DNA from: Candidatus Gastranaerophilales bacterium
GTDB taxonomy: Bacteria; Cyanobacteriota; Vampirovibrionia; Gastranaerophilales; Gastranaerophilaceae
Length of the DNA: 50,793 bases
Direction of reading: 5' to 3'
Assembly: GCA_944322955.1 (NCBI GenBank)
Contig: CALUQQ010000055.1
Coordinates: 1-50,793 of the forward strand
Below, piece by piece: positions 1-9,986 of the stretch. Numbering within the stretch: position 1 is the stretch's first letter; each line of letters opens with the position of its first letter. A model generated the notes under the pieces. It was given only the letters and a program-made list of their open reading frames with translations. It made no database searches and was not told where the DNA came from. Both the position numbers and the translations under genes were made by a program.

Positions 1-23
1 CGACCACAACTTTGTAGGTCAGA

Positions 24-141
24 TTTACTAAACCGACAGTTACCTCTTAGTGCCTTAGTATCATAGTATCTTAATAACTTCTTCCAGAAAACACCCCCAA
101 AAATCGCACTACGAGCGGTTAAAAGGGTCGCCCCCCCCCGA
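24..141 (-). repeat. Copy A of a dispersed intergenic cassette (five 8-nt units at 41-80, conserved box 109-141 including the G9 tract)
   Basis: Aligns by eye with 29686-29803 (copy B). The box ctacgagcggttaaaagggtcgcccccccccga is identical in both. Partial copies at 40623-40672 and 44019-44074. Confidence 0.8.
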
Positions 142-166
142 CGTTACTAAATTTGTTGTTTTTCAT
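119..166 (-). CDS. Short ORF MKNNKFSNVGGGRPF* containing a G9 tract; with G10 the frame stays open to the left window edge
   Basis: AAGGAG (181-176) lies 9 nt before the ATG at 166. Promoter TTGCAA(230-225)-17-TGcTAAAAT(207-202). TAA at 121-119 with 9 G. Confidence 0.4.
   Translation of the reverse strand: MKNNKFSNVGGGRPF
131..139 (-). repeat. Homopolymer G9 (C9 on + strand)
   Basis: Counted directly; flanked by TC on the minus strand (TCG9), as at 11836-11844 and 29793-29801. Confidence 0.95.
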
Positions 167-201
167 TCGTTTTTTCTCCTTTTTTATACATTTTTTATTA
201 A

Positions 202-230
202 ATTTTAGCATTTTTTTGCAAATTTTGCAA
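202..230 (-). promoter_or_regulatory. Sigma70-type promoter for the G9 ORF (TTGCAA-17-TGcTAAAAT)
   Basis: Hexamers and 17-nt spacer read directly from the minus strand. Confidence 0.55.
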
Positions 231-241
231 CAAAAAATTTA

Positions 242-250
242 TGCTATAAT
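242..250 (+). promoter_or_regulatory. Extended -10 (TGcTATAAT) 7 nt upstream of the tatD ATG
   Basis: tgctataat at 242-250, ATG at 258, no SD between them. Confidence 0.5.
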
Positions 251-257
251 CAAAACT

Positions 258-1019
258 ATGAAAAACTATTTTATAGATACGCACGCACACATTGACATGC
301 TAGGAAATACGGAAGAAGCAATTAAATCTGCGGCTGAAAACAATGTGACAAAAATAATTTTGCCTGCTGCATACCCCAAAGATATTGATAAAATCTACAA
401 TATAGCCCAAAAGTACGAAAATGTATTCGCTCTTTTAGGCGTTCACCCCACTGAGGCAAAAGATTGGGACAATAGCATTATACACAAAATAAAAGAATTT
501 GCCCAAAGCCCCAAAATAGTCGGAATAGGCGAAATCGGACTTGATTACTATTGGGATAAAAGTTTCAATGAATTACAAAAAGAAATTTTTATCAAACAAA
601 TTAAACTGGCGAATGAATTAAATCTTCCGCTGTGTATTCACGATAGAGAAGCTCATAAAGACACTTTTGATATTTTAAAAGAATATAATAAAAATTCAAA
701 GGTTGTAATGCATTGTTTTTCTGGAAGTCCCGAATTCGCGAACGAATGCATAAAACAAGGCTGGTATTTGGCACTCGGAGGGGTTGTAACCTTTAAAAAT
801 GCAGTAAAAATGAAAGAAGTTGCACAACAAATTCCGCTTGAATATCTTTTGCTAGAAACAGACAGCCCGTATCTGACGCCTGCTCCTTTCAGAGGCAAAG
901 AAAATCAGCCGGCTTATGTAAAATACGTTGCTGAAAAAATTGCAGAAATTAAAGAAATTTCAGTAAATGAAGTTGCAAAAATCACTACGCAAAACGCTGA
1001 AAAGGTTTATAATATATGA
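258..1019 (+). CDS. tatD: TatD-family metal-dependent hydrolase/DNase
   Basis: MKNYFIDTHAHIDML N-terminus and GEIGLDY motif. Start moved from the TTG at 153 to the ATG at 258, because the extension is a poly-Phe/Leu translation of the promoter region. Confidence 0.9.
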   Translation: MKNYFIDTHAHIDMLGNTEEAIKSAAENNVTKIILPAAYPKDIDKIYNIAQKYENVFALLGVHPTEAKDWDNSIIHKIKEFAQSPKIVGIGEIGLDYYWDKSFNELQKEIFIKQIKLANELNLPLCIHDREAHKDTFDILKEYNKNSKVVMHCFSGSPEFANECIKQGWYLALGGVVTFKNAVKMKEVAQQIPLEYLLLETDSPYLTPAPFRGKENQPAYVKYVAEKIAEIKEISVNEVAKITTQNAEKVYNI

Positions 1020-1834
1020 AAAAAGAACGACTTGACAAATACCTGACAGATCTCGGATATTTTGACACAAAAAGCAAAGCCTCAGCCGCAATTTTAGCCG
1101 GACAGGTAAAAATTGACGACGAATACATAACAAAAGCCGGATTTCAAATCAACATTGAGAAAGAACACGACATCAACGTAAAATCAATGCCCTACGTATC
1201 GCGAGGCGGATTCAAGCTAAAAAAAGCGCTGGACACATTCCCTATTACAGTAAAAGACCGAATCTGCCTTGATGCCGGCGCCTCAACAGGCGGATTTACC
1301 GACTGCCTGCTGCAAAACGGAGCAAAATTTGTCTATGCAGCAGATGTCGGCTACGGTCAGCTTGATTGGAAAATCCGTTCCGATAATAGAGTTAAAACTA
1401 TTGAAAAAACAAACCTTAAAATATGCACCTATTCTGATATTTACAGTAAAAATGAACCTGTTGCGGATTTATTAGCCAGTGACTTGTCGTTCATATCATT
1501 AACAAAGGTTTTAAAAAATCTTAAAAATCTTTTATCTCCTGAGTTTCACGAAATGATCTGCCTTATAAAACCTCAATTTGAAGCAGGAAAAGATAACGTT
1601 GAAAAAGGCGGCGTAGTCACAGATAAAAATATCCACTATATGGTTATACAAAACGTTATAAATTGCGCTTCCGCTCTTGATTACTCAATAAAAGGCCTTA
1701 CTTATTCTTCCATAAAAGGCCCATCCGGAAATATTGAATATCTTTTATGGATTTCTACCAGCAAACCTGATTGCAGCTATGATATCCAACATGTTATCGA
1801 AGAAGCTTTTAAAAATTTAAGTATTACAAATTAG
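1016..1834 (+). CDS. tlyA: TlyA-family rRNA 2'-O-methyltransferase (S4 + FtsJ-like domains)
   Basis: RLDKYL S4-like N-terminus, YVSRGGFKL and LDAGASTGGFTD SAM motif; 4-nt overlap with tatD. Confidence 0.88.
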   Translation: MKKERLDKYLTDLGYFDTKSKASAAILAGQVKIDDEYITKAGFQINIEKEHDINVKSMPYVSRGGFKLKKALDTFPITVKDRICLDAGASTGGFTDCLLQNGAKFVYAADVGYGQLDWKIRSDNRVKTIEKTNLKICTYSDIYSKNEPVADLLASDLSFISLTKVLKNLKNLLSPEFHEMICLIKPQFEAGKDNVEKGGVVTDKNIHYMVIQNVINCASALDYSIKGLTYSSIKGPSGNIEYLLWISTSKPDCSYDIQHVIEEAFKNLSITN

Positions 1835-2249
1835 TCTTGATAGTGACGGGTCTGACAGAATCATTTAGGTCAATATAACGAAATATATTCAGAACAATTC
1901 CGGGCTGAAAATAATAAATATTATTGGTCGGAGTTATTCTGAGCAAAGAATTTTTTGAATCCAATTTTACCACAAATGCCAAAAATTCTTTATTTACCGC
2001 ATTAAAAAGAATATAACCAGTTTTGGATTGAATCTCATCGATATTAAACCTGTTTGCGTTGATTGAAGCAATAGTCAAATAAAACAAACTTTCGGCATTC
2101 ATTTTGAATATTCTAGTGCAATCCTCAAAAGGAACATTCTGCATTGTTACAAGCGTACTCAAACTGACAGGCTGAGTTTGAGCTGAAACTGAAAAAGGCA
2201 ACGCAAACATCATTACGGCAAATAATATTTTGAATACTATTCCTGCCAT
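1824..2249 (-). CDS. Hypothetical secreted protein (signal peptide ...FSVSA/QT)
   Basis: 141-aa ORF with a hydrophobic N-terminus; start overlaps the polA stop by 13 nt. Confidence 0.55.
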   Translation of the reverse strand: MAGIVFKILFAVMMFALPFSVSAQTQPVSLSTLVTMQNVPFEDCTRIFKMNAESLFYLTIASINANRFNIDEIQSKTGYILFNAVNKEFLAFVVKLDSKNSLLRITPTNNIYYFQPGIVLNIFRYIDLNDSVRPVTIKTNL

Positions 2250-5101
2250 GTTTCCCCCAGACTGATATCAATTACAAGCGGAACTTTTAACGGCTGATTA
2301 AGCTCCATTGCTTCTTTTACAATTTTTTGAACAGTTTCCAGTTCGTCTTTATATACTTCTAATACAAGTTCATCATGCACCTGAATCAGAAGTTTTGATT
2401 TCAGGCTAAATTCATGCATTTTCTTTTCAAGTTCGACCATAGCCATTTTAATCAAATCAGCTGCAGTGCCTTGCATAGGATGATTTATAGCAGCACGTTT
2501 TGCAAAATCTCTTACAAGGCCGTTTGTGCTGTGGAATTCACCAGAAAGATAGCGTTTTCGGCCCAATACAGTTTCAGCATAACCTTTTTCCGCAACTTTT
2601 TCCACCATTTCATCCATATATTTTTTTACATTAGGATAAGTTGCAAAATACCTGTTTATAAAATTATCAGCTTCTTCAACCGTTATATGCAAAGCCTTTG
2701 CAAGACCGTATTTGCTTTGTCCGTAAACAATACCAAAATTTACTGCCTTTGCTTTATAACGCATAGGCTTTGTAACCTCGTCCAAAGGCACATCAAAAAC
2801 CTTTGATGCTGTAATTTGATGAACATCCACTCCTGATTTGAACGCCTCGATCAAATTTTCATCTTCCGATACATGTGCTAAAAGCCGCAATTCAATCTGC
2901 GAATAATCCGCTGATAATATAAGAGCATTTTGTCTGTCACGAGGAACAAAGGCCTTCCTGATTTTGTTTCCTTCTTCTGTTCTGACAGGAATATTTTGTA
3001 AATTCGGCTTTGAAGACGATAACCGACCGGTTGCAGTCGTCGTTTGATTATATGTTGTATGAATTCTGCCGTCAACAGGACTTATTAATTCAGGCAAAGC
3101 ATCCGTATAAGTTGACTTTAACTTGGCATATTTTCTGGACTCCAAAATTAACCGCGCGATTTCATGTTCATGCGCCAATTCCGCAAGCACGTCGGCTCCA
3201 GTCGAAAATTTGTTTTTTGCACGTTTTTTCAATGGGGTTATCTGTAATTTATCAAATAAAACTTCCGAAACTTGCTTGGGAGAAGCAATATTAAACGCCT
3301 CACCGGCAATCTTATAAATTTTAAATTCAACCGAGCGCAGCCTGTCTGTCATATAAGTTGACAGTTCATTTAAATACTTTGCATCAACTGAAATCCCGTC
3401 ATACTCCATATCGGCAAGCACAATTGAAAGAGGAACTTCCATATCATAAAGAATATCCAATTCTTTTTCATCCAGCTTTTTAATCCAGAATTTAGTCAAT
3501 TCAAAAATTGTTGCCATAATATCCGAAACAAATTCGACCGCATTGTTTAAAGATGTATTAACGATTGTAGTATTTGTTTTAGCGCCTCTGGCAATCGGGG
3601 CAACATCATTCATAACATGATCAATATTTTCTATTGACTGAATATCCAAAAGATGTGTTCTGCTTGAATCTCTTACATAACTTGCAAGCAAAGTATCAAA
3701 TATAATTCCTTGTATGTTTATCCCGAAGGTTCTCAAAAAACTGTGTTCAATTTTTGCTTCATGTGTGATTTTTTTGATATTTTTATCTTCAAAAACAGGT
3801 TTTAAATAAGCAATTACATCCTCTTTTTTAAGCTGATTATCAATATGGTGGCTTATCGGGATATAAAATGTTTTTGTAACATTACCCTGATCTTCAAAAA
3901 TCACTCTTGAACCTTCAACCGAAAAATTATCATTATACGAAACAGCAAATCCGTATAGAACACCTGAAACAGCGCTTTTAACATCCCCCTCCATTCTGAA
4001 ACAGATTAACTTTTTCGTCTTTAAAATCTCGGCCAATTCTATCAAATCAGAAGTATCCGTTATAATTTTAGATTCAAAATCCAAACTTACCTTATTAATT
4101 TCAGCTTTAACAGCATCTGCAAAAAGCCCGAGCTGTCTTTGTCCTGCCTGCGGCAGCAGTATTTCCGGCACATTATCATTCACAGCAACAACTTTTGCGT
4201 TCCTGTCAAAAGTTGATAAAATTGAATCAATATTTTTTAAAAAGCCGAAAAATTGTAATTTTTTAAGAAAAGCCGTGACATTAGTTATATCAGGAAGTTC
4301 AATTTTGGCACTGGAAAAATCAAAATCAATATCGACATCTCTAACAATAGTTGCAAGAAAATAGCTCATCTTAGCTGCTTCAATATTTTCGCAAAAACAA
4401 TTTTTAATACTTTTAGGCGTAATCTCATCACAATGCGCAATAATATTTTCAAGATGACCGTATTTAGACAAAAGTTTTGTCGCGCTTTTTTCACCGATAC
4501 CTTTAACTCCGGGAATATTATCCGATGTATCTCCGCGCAAACTCTTATAATCAATCACCTGATCAGGATATACACCGAGCTTTTCATAAACTTTATCCCA
4601 ATCATATTCCTTCAATTCGCCTTTAGACGGAATAATAACCTTTACACAGCCCTCTTTATCAACCAATTGAAAAGAATCCTGATCACCGGTCAAAATCAAT
4701 ACTTTATGACCCAATTCGCACGCCTGCCTTGAAATAGTACCGATAACATCATCCGCTTCATATCCTTTTTTCGTATAAACGGGAATATTAAAGGCTTCAA
4801 GGCCCTCATAAATCAAATTCATCTGCACTTGAAGATTATCCGGCATAGCCTTGCGGTTAGCCTTATATTCAGGATATTTATCAACACGAAAAGTATCATG
4901 GCTCACGTCAAAAGCAACACAAATAGCGTCGGGTTTGAGCGTTCGGTTTTTTAACAAATCAAATATAGCTTTAAAAAATCCAAAAACAGCCCAAGTTGGT
5001 ATCCCAGTTGATGTTTTCATATTACTGCGTTCAAGCGCGTAAAATTGTCTAAAAGCCAGTGCATGACCGTCAATAAGTATTAAAGTTTTCTTTTTTTCCA
5101 T
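2237..5101 (-). CDS. polA: DNA polymerase I
   Basis: 954 aa with a 5' nuclease N-terminus (LILIDGHALAFR), DYSQIELR and QVHDELV polymerase motifs. Confidence 0.97.
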   Translation of the reverse strand: MEKKKTLILIDGHALAFRQFYALERSNMKTSTGIPTWAVFGFFKAIFDLLKNRTLKPDAICVAFDVSHDTFRVDKYPEYKANRKAMPDNLQVQMNLIYEGLEAFNIPVYTKKGYEADDVIGTISRQACELGHKVLILTGDQDSFQLVDKEGCVKVIIPSKGELKEYDWDKVYEKLGVYPDQVIDYKSLRGDTSDNIPGVKGIGEKSATKLLSKYGHLENIIAHCDEITPKSIKNCFCENIEAAKMSYFLATIVRDVDIDFDFSSAKIELPDITNVTAFLKKLQFFGFLKNIDSILSTFDRNAKVVAVNDNVPEILLPQAGQRQLGLFADAVKAEINKVSLDFESKIITDTSDLIELAEILKTKKLICFRMEGDVKSAVSGVLYGFAVSYNDNFSVEGSRVIFEDQGNVTKTFYIPISHHIDNQLKKEDVIAYLKPVFEDKNIKKITHEAKIEHSFLRTFGINIQGIIFDTLLASYVRDSSRTHLLDIQSIENIDHVMNDVAPIARGAKTNTTIVNTSLNNAVEFVSDIMATIFELTKFWIKKLDEKELDILYDMEVPLSIVLADMEYDGISVDAKYLNELSTYMTDRLRSVEFKIYKIAGEAFNIASPKQVSEVLFDKLQITPLKKRAKNKFSTGADVLAELAHEHEIARLILESRKYAKLKSTYTDALPELISPVDGRIHTTYNQTTTATGRLSSSKPNLQNIPVRTEEGNKIRKAFVPRDRQNALILSADYSQIELRLLAHVSEDENLIEAFKSGVDVHQITASKVFDVPLDEVTKPMRYKAKAVNFGIVYGQSKYGLAKALHITVEEADNFINRYFATYPNVKKYMDEMVEKVAEKGYAETVLGRKRYLSGEFHSTNGLVRDFAKRAAINHPMQGTAADLIKMAMVELEKKMHEFSLKSKLLIQVHDELVLEVYKDELETVQKIVKEAMELNQPLKVPLVIDISLGETWQE

Positions 5102-5115
5102 ACGTATCCCAAAAA

Positions 5116-6420
5116 CTAAGCGATAATTTCTTCCGAACCGTCAACGCGTTTGGTCGGCAGCTGGATAAGTTCTGCGGAGTTTCTGTTTTTAACCGCATCA
5201 GCAGTTACAACATATTTATCCATATTTTCTTTTGTAGGAACATCATACATAACATCCAGCATAATTTCCTCAACAATAGATCTCAAAGCTCGCGCACCAG
5301 TTTTACGCTTCATAGCTTCTTGAGCAATTAAATCAATAGCTTCCGGTTCAAATTCCAAATCAACGCCATCCATTTTTAATAAACACTGATACTGTTTAAC
5401 TATTGCGTTTTTAGGTTCGGTCAAAATCATTTTCAAAGTTTTTTCATTTAACTGATCTAAAACCGCATAAGTAGGTATACGGCCTATAAATTCAGGAATC
5501 AAACCGAATTTCAACAAATCTTCAGGCTGAAGTTTTTTAAGCAATTTATTTGCATTTGCCTCTTTTTCAGCTTGTGACATTGGAGCTTTTGCACCAAATC
5601 CAACAGTATTGCCTTCACCGGCGCGCCTTTCAACAATTTTTTCTAAACCGACAAAAGCACCGCCGACAATAAAGAGAATATTACTTGTATCTATTTCTAT
5701 AAATTCCTGATGAGGATGTTTACGACCGCCTTGAGGAGGAACATGCGCAACAGTGCCCTCGATCATTTTTAATAAAGCCTGTTGAACACCTTCACCCGAA
5801 ACATCGCGGGTAATTGAAGTATTTTCCGACTTTCTTGAAATTTTATCAATTTCATCTATATAAATAATTCCGCGTTCGGCCTTTGAAGCGTCGAATTCAG
5901 CGTTTTGATATAAGCGAAGTAAAATATTTTCAACATCATCGCCGACATATCCCGCTTCTGTCAATGTAGTTGCATCCGCAACCGCAAACGGAACATCAAG
6001 CATTTTAGCAAGTGTCTGCGCCAACAATGTTTTACCGGAACCGGTCGGACCAACAAGCAATATATTTGATTTTTGAATTTCTACATCGTCTTTTGAATTT
6101 TTATTATGTTTAAGACGTTTATAATGATTGTAAACAGCAACAGACAAAACTTTTTTAGCCTCATCCTGACCAACAATATACTGATCAAGATATTCTTTAA
6201 TTTCATGCGGTTTAGGAATCGGTTTTTCTGCAACGGCCTCTTCACCTTCAGAACCTTCCTTGTCTTTAGACTCAAAAAACTCCTCGTCCAAAATTTCATT
6301 GCAAAGCTCTACACATTCATCGCAAATGTAAACTTCAGGACCCGCAATAAGTTTTTTTACCTGATCCTGCGATTTTCCGCAAAATGAACATTTTAGTCTG
6401 CTGTCGTCATGTTTTGGCAT
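5116..6420 (-). CDS. clpX: ATP-dependent Clp protease ATP-binding subunit ClpX
   Basis: CSFCGK...CDEC zinc finger, GPTGSGKT Walker A, IYIDEIDK. Confidence 0.97.
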   Translation of the reverse strand: MPKHDDSRLKCSFCGKSQDQVKKLIAGPEVYICDECVELCNEILDEEFFESKDKEGSEGEEAVAEKPIPKPHEIKEYLDQYIVGQDEAKKVLSVAVYNHYKRLKHNKNSKDDVEIQKSNILLVGPTGSGKTLLAQTLAKMLDVPFAVADATTLTEAGYVGDDVENILLRLYQNAEFDASKAERGIIYIDEIDKISRKSENTSITRDVSGEGVQQALLKMIEGTVAHVPPQGGRKHPHQEFIEIDTSNILFIVGGAFVGLEKIVERRAGEGNTVGFGAKAPMSQAEKEANANKLLKKLQPEDLLKFGLIPEFIGRIPTYAVLDQLNEKTLKMILTEPKNAIVKQYQCLLKMDGVDLEFEPEAIDLIAQEAMKRKTGARALRSIVEEIMLDVMYDVPTKENMDKYVVTADAVKNRNSAELIQLPTKRVDGSEEIIA

Positions 6421-6439
6421 TATTTATAATCTCCGATAA

Positions 6440-7033
6440 TTAACCTTTTACAACATCTCTTGATACAACTTTATCAATCATACCGTATTCAAGAGCTTCC
6501 TGAGGGGTCATAATATAATCACGGTCTGTGTCTTTTTCAATTTTTTTCAAAGACTGGCCTGTATTATTAGCAAGAATTTCATTCAAACTTTTCTTAATTC
6601 TTACAATTTCTGCAGCCTGAATTTCAATATCAGTTGCCTGACCTTGCGCTCCGCCTAGAGGCTGATGAATCAACACTCTGGAATGAGGAAGCGCCATTCT
6701 CTTGCCTTTTGTGCCTGCAGCAAGCAAAAATGCTCCCATTGATGCGGCCTGACCAAGACAAATAGTTGAAACATCCGCTCTTATATGCTGCATAGTATCA
6801 TAAATTGCAAAACCTGCAGTGACACTACCGCCGGGACTATTTATATACAACATAATATCTTTTTCCGGATTTTCGCTGTCCAATAAAAGCATCTGCGCGA
6901 CAACCAGATTCGCAACCATATCATCTATAGGCGTTCCCAAAAATATAATTCTCTCTCTTAAAAGTCTTGAGAATATATCAAATGAACGCTCTCCGCGACT
7001 TGATTGTTCAATTACCACAGGTACAAAACTCAT
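6440..7033 (-). CDS. clpP: ATP-dependent Clp protease proteolytic subunit ClpP
   Basis: INSPGGSV and GQAASMGA motifs; 197 aa. Confidence 0.97.
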   Translation of the reverse strand: MSFVPVVIEQSSRGERSFDIFSRLLRERIIFLGTPIDDMVANLVVAQMLLLDSENPEKDIMLYINSPGGSVTAGFAIYDTMQHIRADVSTICLGQAASMGAFLLAAGTKGKRMALPHSRVLIHQPLGGAQGQATDIEIQAAEIVRIKKSLNEILANNTGQSLKKIEKDTDRDYIMTPQEALEYGMIDKVVSRDVVKG

Positions 7034-7067
7034 GATTTTATTTCCTTTCTTACATTATAATCTTATT

Positions 7068-8393
7068 TTACTTAGCTTCAACTTTTTGTTTCTCAGGCGC
7101 AATCAATTCAACATTGTTGCTGGATATGAGAAAATCTTTTACCTTATCGTTCAACGCTTGTTGAGAAATTGAACCTAACATATCAGGACTCTGACCGATT
7201 TGTTTAAGGATATCCTGCTGCTGTAAGCCATACATCGCAGCAAGCTGAGCAAATTTATTTTCCAAATCTTTCGGTTCAAGTTTTATGTCTTCGGCCTTTG
7301 CAATTTTATCAATTACAAGCGAATTTTTAATTCTGTTCACAGCATCTTCTTTCAAAGTTTCTTCCAAATGATCAACTCCGCCTTGAGATTTAACGAGAGT
7401 ATCCCAGTCAATTCCCTGATAAGCAAGTCTCTGTTTATAATCCGCTTTCAATGATTCCACTTCGCGTGAAATCATACTTTCGGGAATATCAACCTTTGAG
7501 GCATCTATAACTGTTTTGAACAACTTATTTTCAATATTTTGTTTATTAGTTCTTTCTCTTTGGGACTCCAAATATTTTTTGACATCAGCTTTCAAATCAT
7601 CAACTGTTTTAAAAGGTCCGACTTTTTGAGCGAATGCATCATTTAATTCAGGAAGAATTCTTTCTTTAATTTCATGAATTTTGATTTTAAAAACCGCATC
7701 TTTGCCTTTTAATTTTTCATCGTGATATTCATCAGGGAATTTAACATTTATTTCAAATTCATCGTTAACATTTTTACCGACAATTTGTTCTGCAAAACCC
7801 GGTATAAAATTGGAATTAGCGAGATCAAGCGGATAATTTTTACCTTCACCGCCTGCGATTTTTTCACCGTCTACGAAACCTTCAAAATCAATTACGGCAG
7901 TATCCGTATCTTTTGTCGCGCGGTCAACGACCAATTCAAAAGTTGCATGCTGCTTTAAAAGATTATCAATTGATTTTTGTTCCGCGTCAGCAGGAATAGG
8001 AGAATCTTCAACTTTCAAATTCATACCTTTATATTCACCAAGCGTAACTTCTGGACGCGTTTCAACTCTTACGTTAACGGTCAGGTCCTTGCCTATTTCA
8101 AAATCATAAGATGTGATTGAAGGCTGTGTAATAACGTCCAAATTATTTTCCTGAACAGCCTGAGAAATAGTTTTAGGCATAAGACTTTCAATAGCTTCTA
8201 TTTTAATTCTTTCAGTTCCGACATGTTTTTCAACAATGGCGCGCGGAGCTTTTCCTTTTCTAAAACCGTCTATATTTACATACTGAGAAATTTTCGCTGC
8301 GGCCTTATTATAAGCTTCGGCAGCTTCTTTTGCAGGAATTACAATTTCCAGTTCTACAACATTTTCTTTCCCATTTTTTACATTAACTTTCAT
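7068..8393 (-). CDS. tig: Trigger factor
   Basis: 441 aa, GFRKGKAP motif, directly upstream of clpP-clpX. Confidence 0.95.
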   Translation of the reverse strand: MKVNVKNGKENVVELEIVIPAKEAAEAYNKAAAKISQYVNIDGFRKGKAPRAIVEKHVGTERIKIEAIESLMPKTISQAVQENNLDVITQPSITSYDFEIGKDLTVNVRVETRPEVTLGEYKGMNLKVEDSPIPADAEQKSIDNLLKQHATFELVVDRATKDTDTAVIDFEGFVDGEKIAGGEGKNYPLDLANSNFIPGFAEQIVGKNVNDEFEINVKFPDEYHDEKLKGKDAVFKIKIHEIKERILPELNDAFAQKVGPFKTVDDLKADVKKYLESQRERTNKQNIENKLFKTVIDASKVDIPESMISREVESLKADYKQRLAYQGIDWDTLVKSQGGVDHLEETLKEDAVNRIKNSLVIDKIAKAEDIKLEPKDLENKFAQLAAMYGLQQQDILKQIGQSPDMLGSISQQALNDKVKDFLISSNNVELIAPEKQKVEAK

Positions 8394-8448
8394 AAATCAC
8401 TTTCCTTTATCATGTATTATCTGTCCAAATTATACATCAAAAATTAAT

Positions 8449-9192
8449 ATGTGCAAGTCATTCAAAGGTATGAAAAAGAATAACGACATATTGATATTTT
8501 TTTATGATATAATATATCGCATGGTTAGATTATTCAAACGGAATAATATTGACAAAGTCGCGGATATTGTATACAAAATTTTGCGTTTGCAGGAGATTTT
8601 TACACATATAATTGAAATAAACAATCCAAAAATTACCCCCTGCATTTATGTAATGTGGCATGAAAATCAATTTTGCATACACGGAATTCAGGATAAAGGG
8701 AATTTAAACGTATTAATAAGCAATTCAGCAGACGGCGAAATTATTGCACGAGCGGTAGAAAAATGGGGATTCAAAGTTGTGAGGGGATCTTCAGCAAGAA
8801 AAGGCTGCGTAACGTCTACAATGCAATTAATAACACGACTTAAAGAAGGAGAATGTGCCGCATTAATGGTCGACGGTCCGCACGGACCGCTGCATAAAGT
8901 TAAAAAAGGTGCGTTCACACTTGCAAAAGAAACAGGCGCACCGATTGTTCCGGTGCATTGGTTTTCTACAGAAAAGACTTTTATTACTCTCCCTTCTTGG
9001 GACAAAATGAAAACACCTTTTGGGAACTGTCACATAATAAATTTATACAGTGACCCTATATATGTTAAACCGGAAGACGAAGAAAAAGATATAGCAGCGC
9101 GGATAAAATCCGCATTTGAAGCTCTTGAGAAACAAGCGCCCGAAGAATTTAAAAAGGCAAAAAAATTCAAATTATGGAAAAAAAGGAAATAA
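8449..9192 (+). CDS. DUF374-family (lysophospholipid acyltransferase-like) protein
   Basis: SADGEIIARAVEKWGFKVVRGSSARKG...DGPHGP...GAPIVPV matches my memory of DUF374; start uncertain. Confidence 0.7.
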   Translation: MCKSFKGMKKNNDILIFFYDIIYRMVRLFKRNNIDKVADIVYKILRLQEIFTHIIEINNPKITPCIYVMWHENQFCIHGIQDKGNLNVLISNSADGEIIARAVEKWGFKVVRGSSARKGCVTSTMQLITRLKEGECAALMVDGPHGPLHKVKKGAFTLAKETGAPIVPVHWFSTEKTFITLPSWDKMKTPFGNCHIINLYSDPIYVKPEDEEKDIAARIKSAFEALEKQAPEEFKKAKKFKLWKKRK

Positions 9193-9986
9193 AAATTTCA
9201 GCGGTGCAAATGTGTGCCGCAATCGGGAATAAAAAATCCAATTTTGAAAAAATCGAAAAACTTATAACCGAAATCAAAGATGCAGACGTCATTGTTTTAC
9301 CTGAAGTATGGACTGTCGGCTGGTCCTGTGAAAATTTCACCGATAGCGCCGAATACCTTGAACATTCCGAAACAATTAAATTTTTATCGGAAATTGCAAA
9401 AGAAAAAAATACAAACATAATAGGCGGAAGCTTTATCAGGAAAGATATCGGAGGAACATACAAAAATTCATGCCCGGTCATTGACAGGCATGGAAACTTA
9501 AAAGCAATTTATGATAAAAACCACCTGTATTCATACTACGGCTGCAGCGAAGGTAAATATATTACAGCAGGCAAAAATCCGGTTATGGTAAACATTGACG
9601 GTATAAATTACGGGCTTACAATCTGCTACGATATACGTTTTCCCGAAATTTACAGGGCATACCGAAAATCAGGTGCGGATATTCTTATTAATTGCGCGGC
9701 TTGGGCTTCCTCAAAACCGGTTCAATGGGAAATGATGACAAAATCACGAGCAATAGAAAATCAAACATTTATGGTCGCAGTCAACCAATTCGGACTAATG
9801 AAAAACAATGAAACAAATCTTGGACATTCAAGAATTATTGACTATAATGGAAATGTACTTTCTGAAATTCTATCGGGTGAAGGGGTTATCAAAACCTGCC
9901 TGAATCTGGAAGAAATGTACAAATTCAGGGAGAAATGCGCGATACTTAATGATATAAAAAATTCGTACGAGGTAAAAAGTTTATGA
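9174..9986 (+). CDS. Carbon-nitrogen hydrolase (nitrilase/omega-amidase superfamily)
   Basis: Catalytic-triad contexts LPEVW, K in YDKNHL, ICYDIRFPE. Confidence 0.85.
   Translation: MEKKEIKISAVQMCAAIGNKKSNFEKIEKLITEIKDADVIVLPEVWTVGWSCENFTDSAEYLEHSETIKFLSEIAKEKNTNIIGGSFIRKDIGGTYKNSCPVIDRHGNLKAIYDKNHLYSYYGCSEGKYITAGKNPVMVNIDGINYGLTICYDIRFPEIYRAYRKSGADILINCAAWASSKPVQWEMMTKSRAIENQTFMVAVNQFGLMKNNETNLGHSRIIDYNGNVLSEILSGEGVIKTCLNLEEMYKFREKCAILNDIKNSYEVKSL

Noticed and set aside
153-257. TTG-initiated N-terminal extension of the tatD ORF (and the similar extension 44061-44144 on the ABC permease)
   Set aside because: The extensions translate promoter and repeat DNA into poly-Phe/Leu/Ile. The canonical family N-termini begin at the internal ATGs, each preceded by a -10 box.
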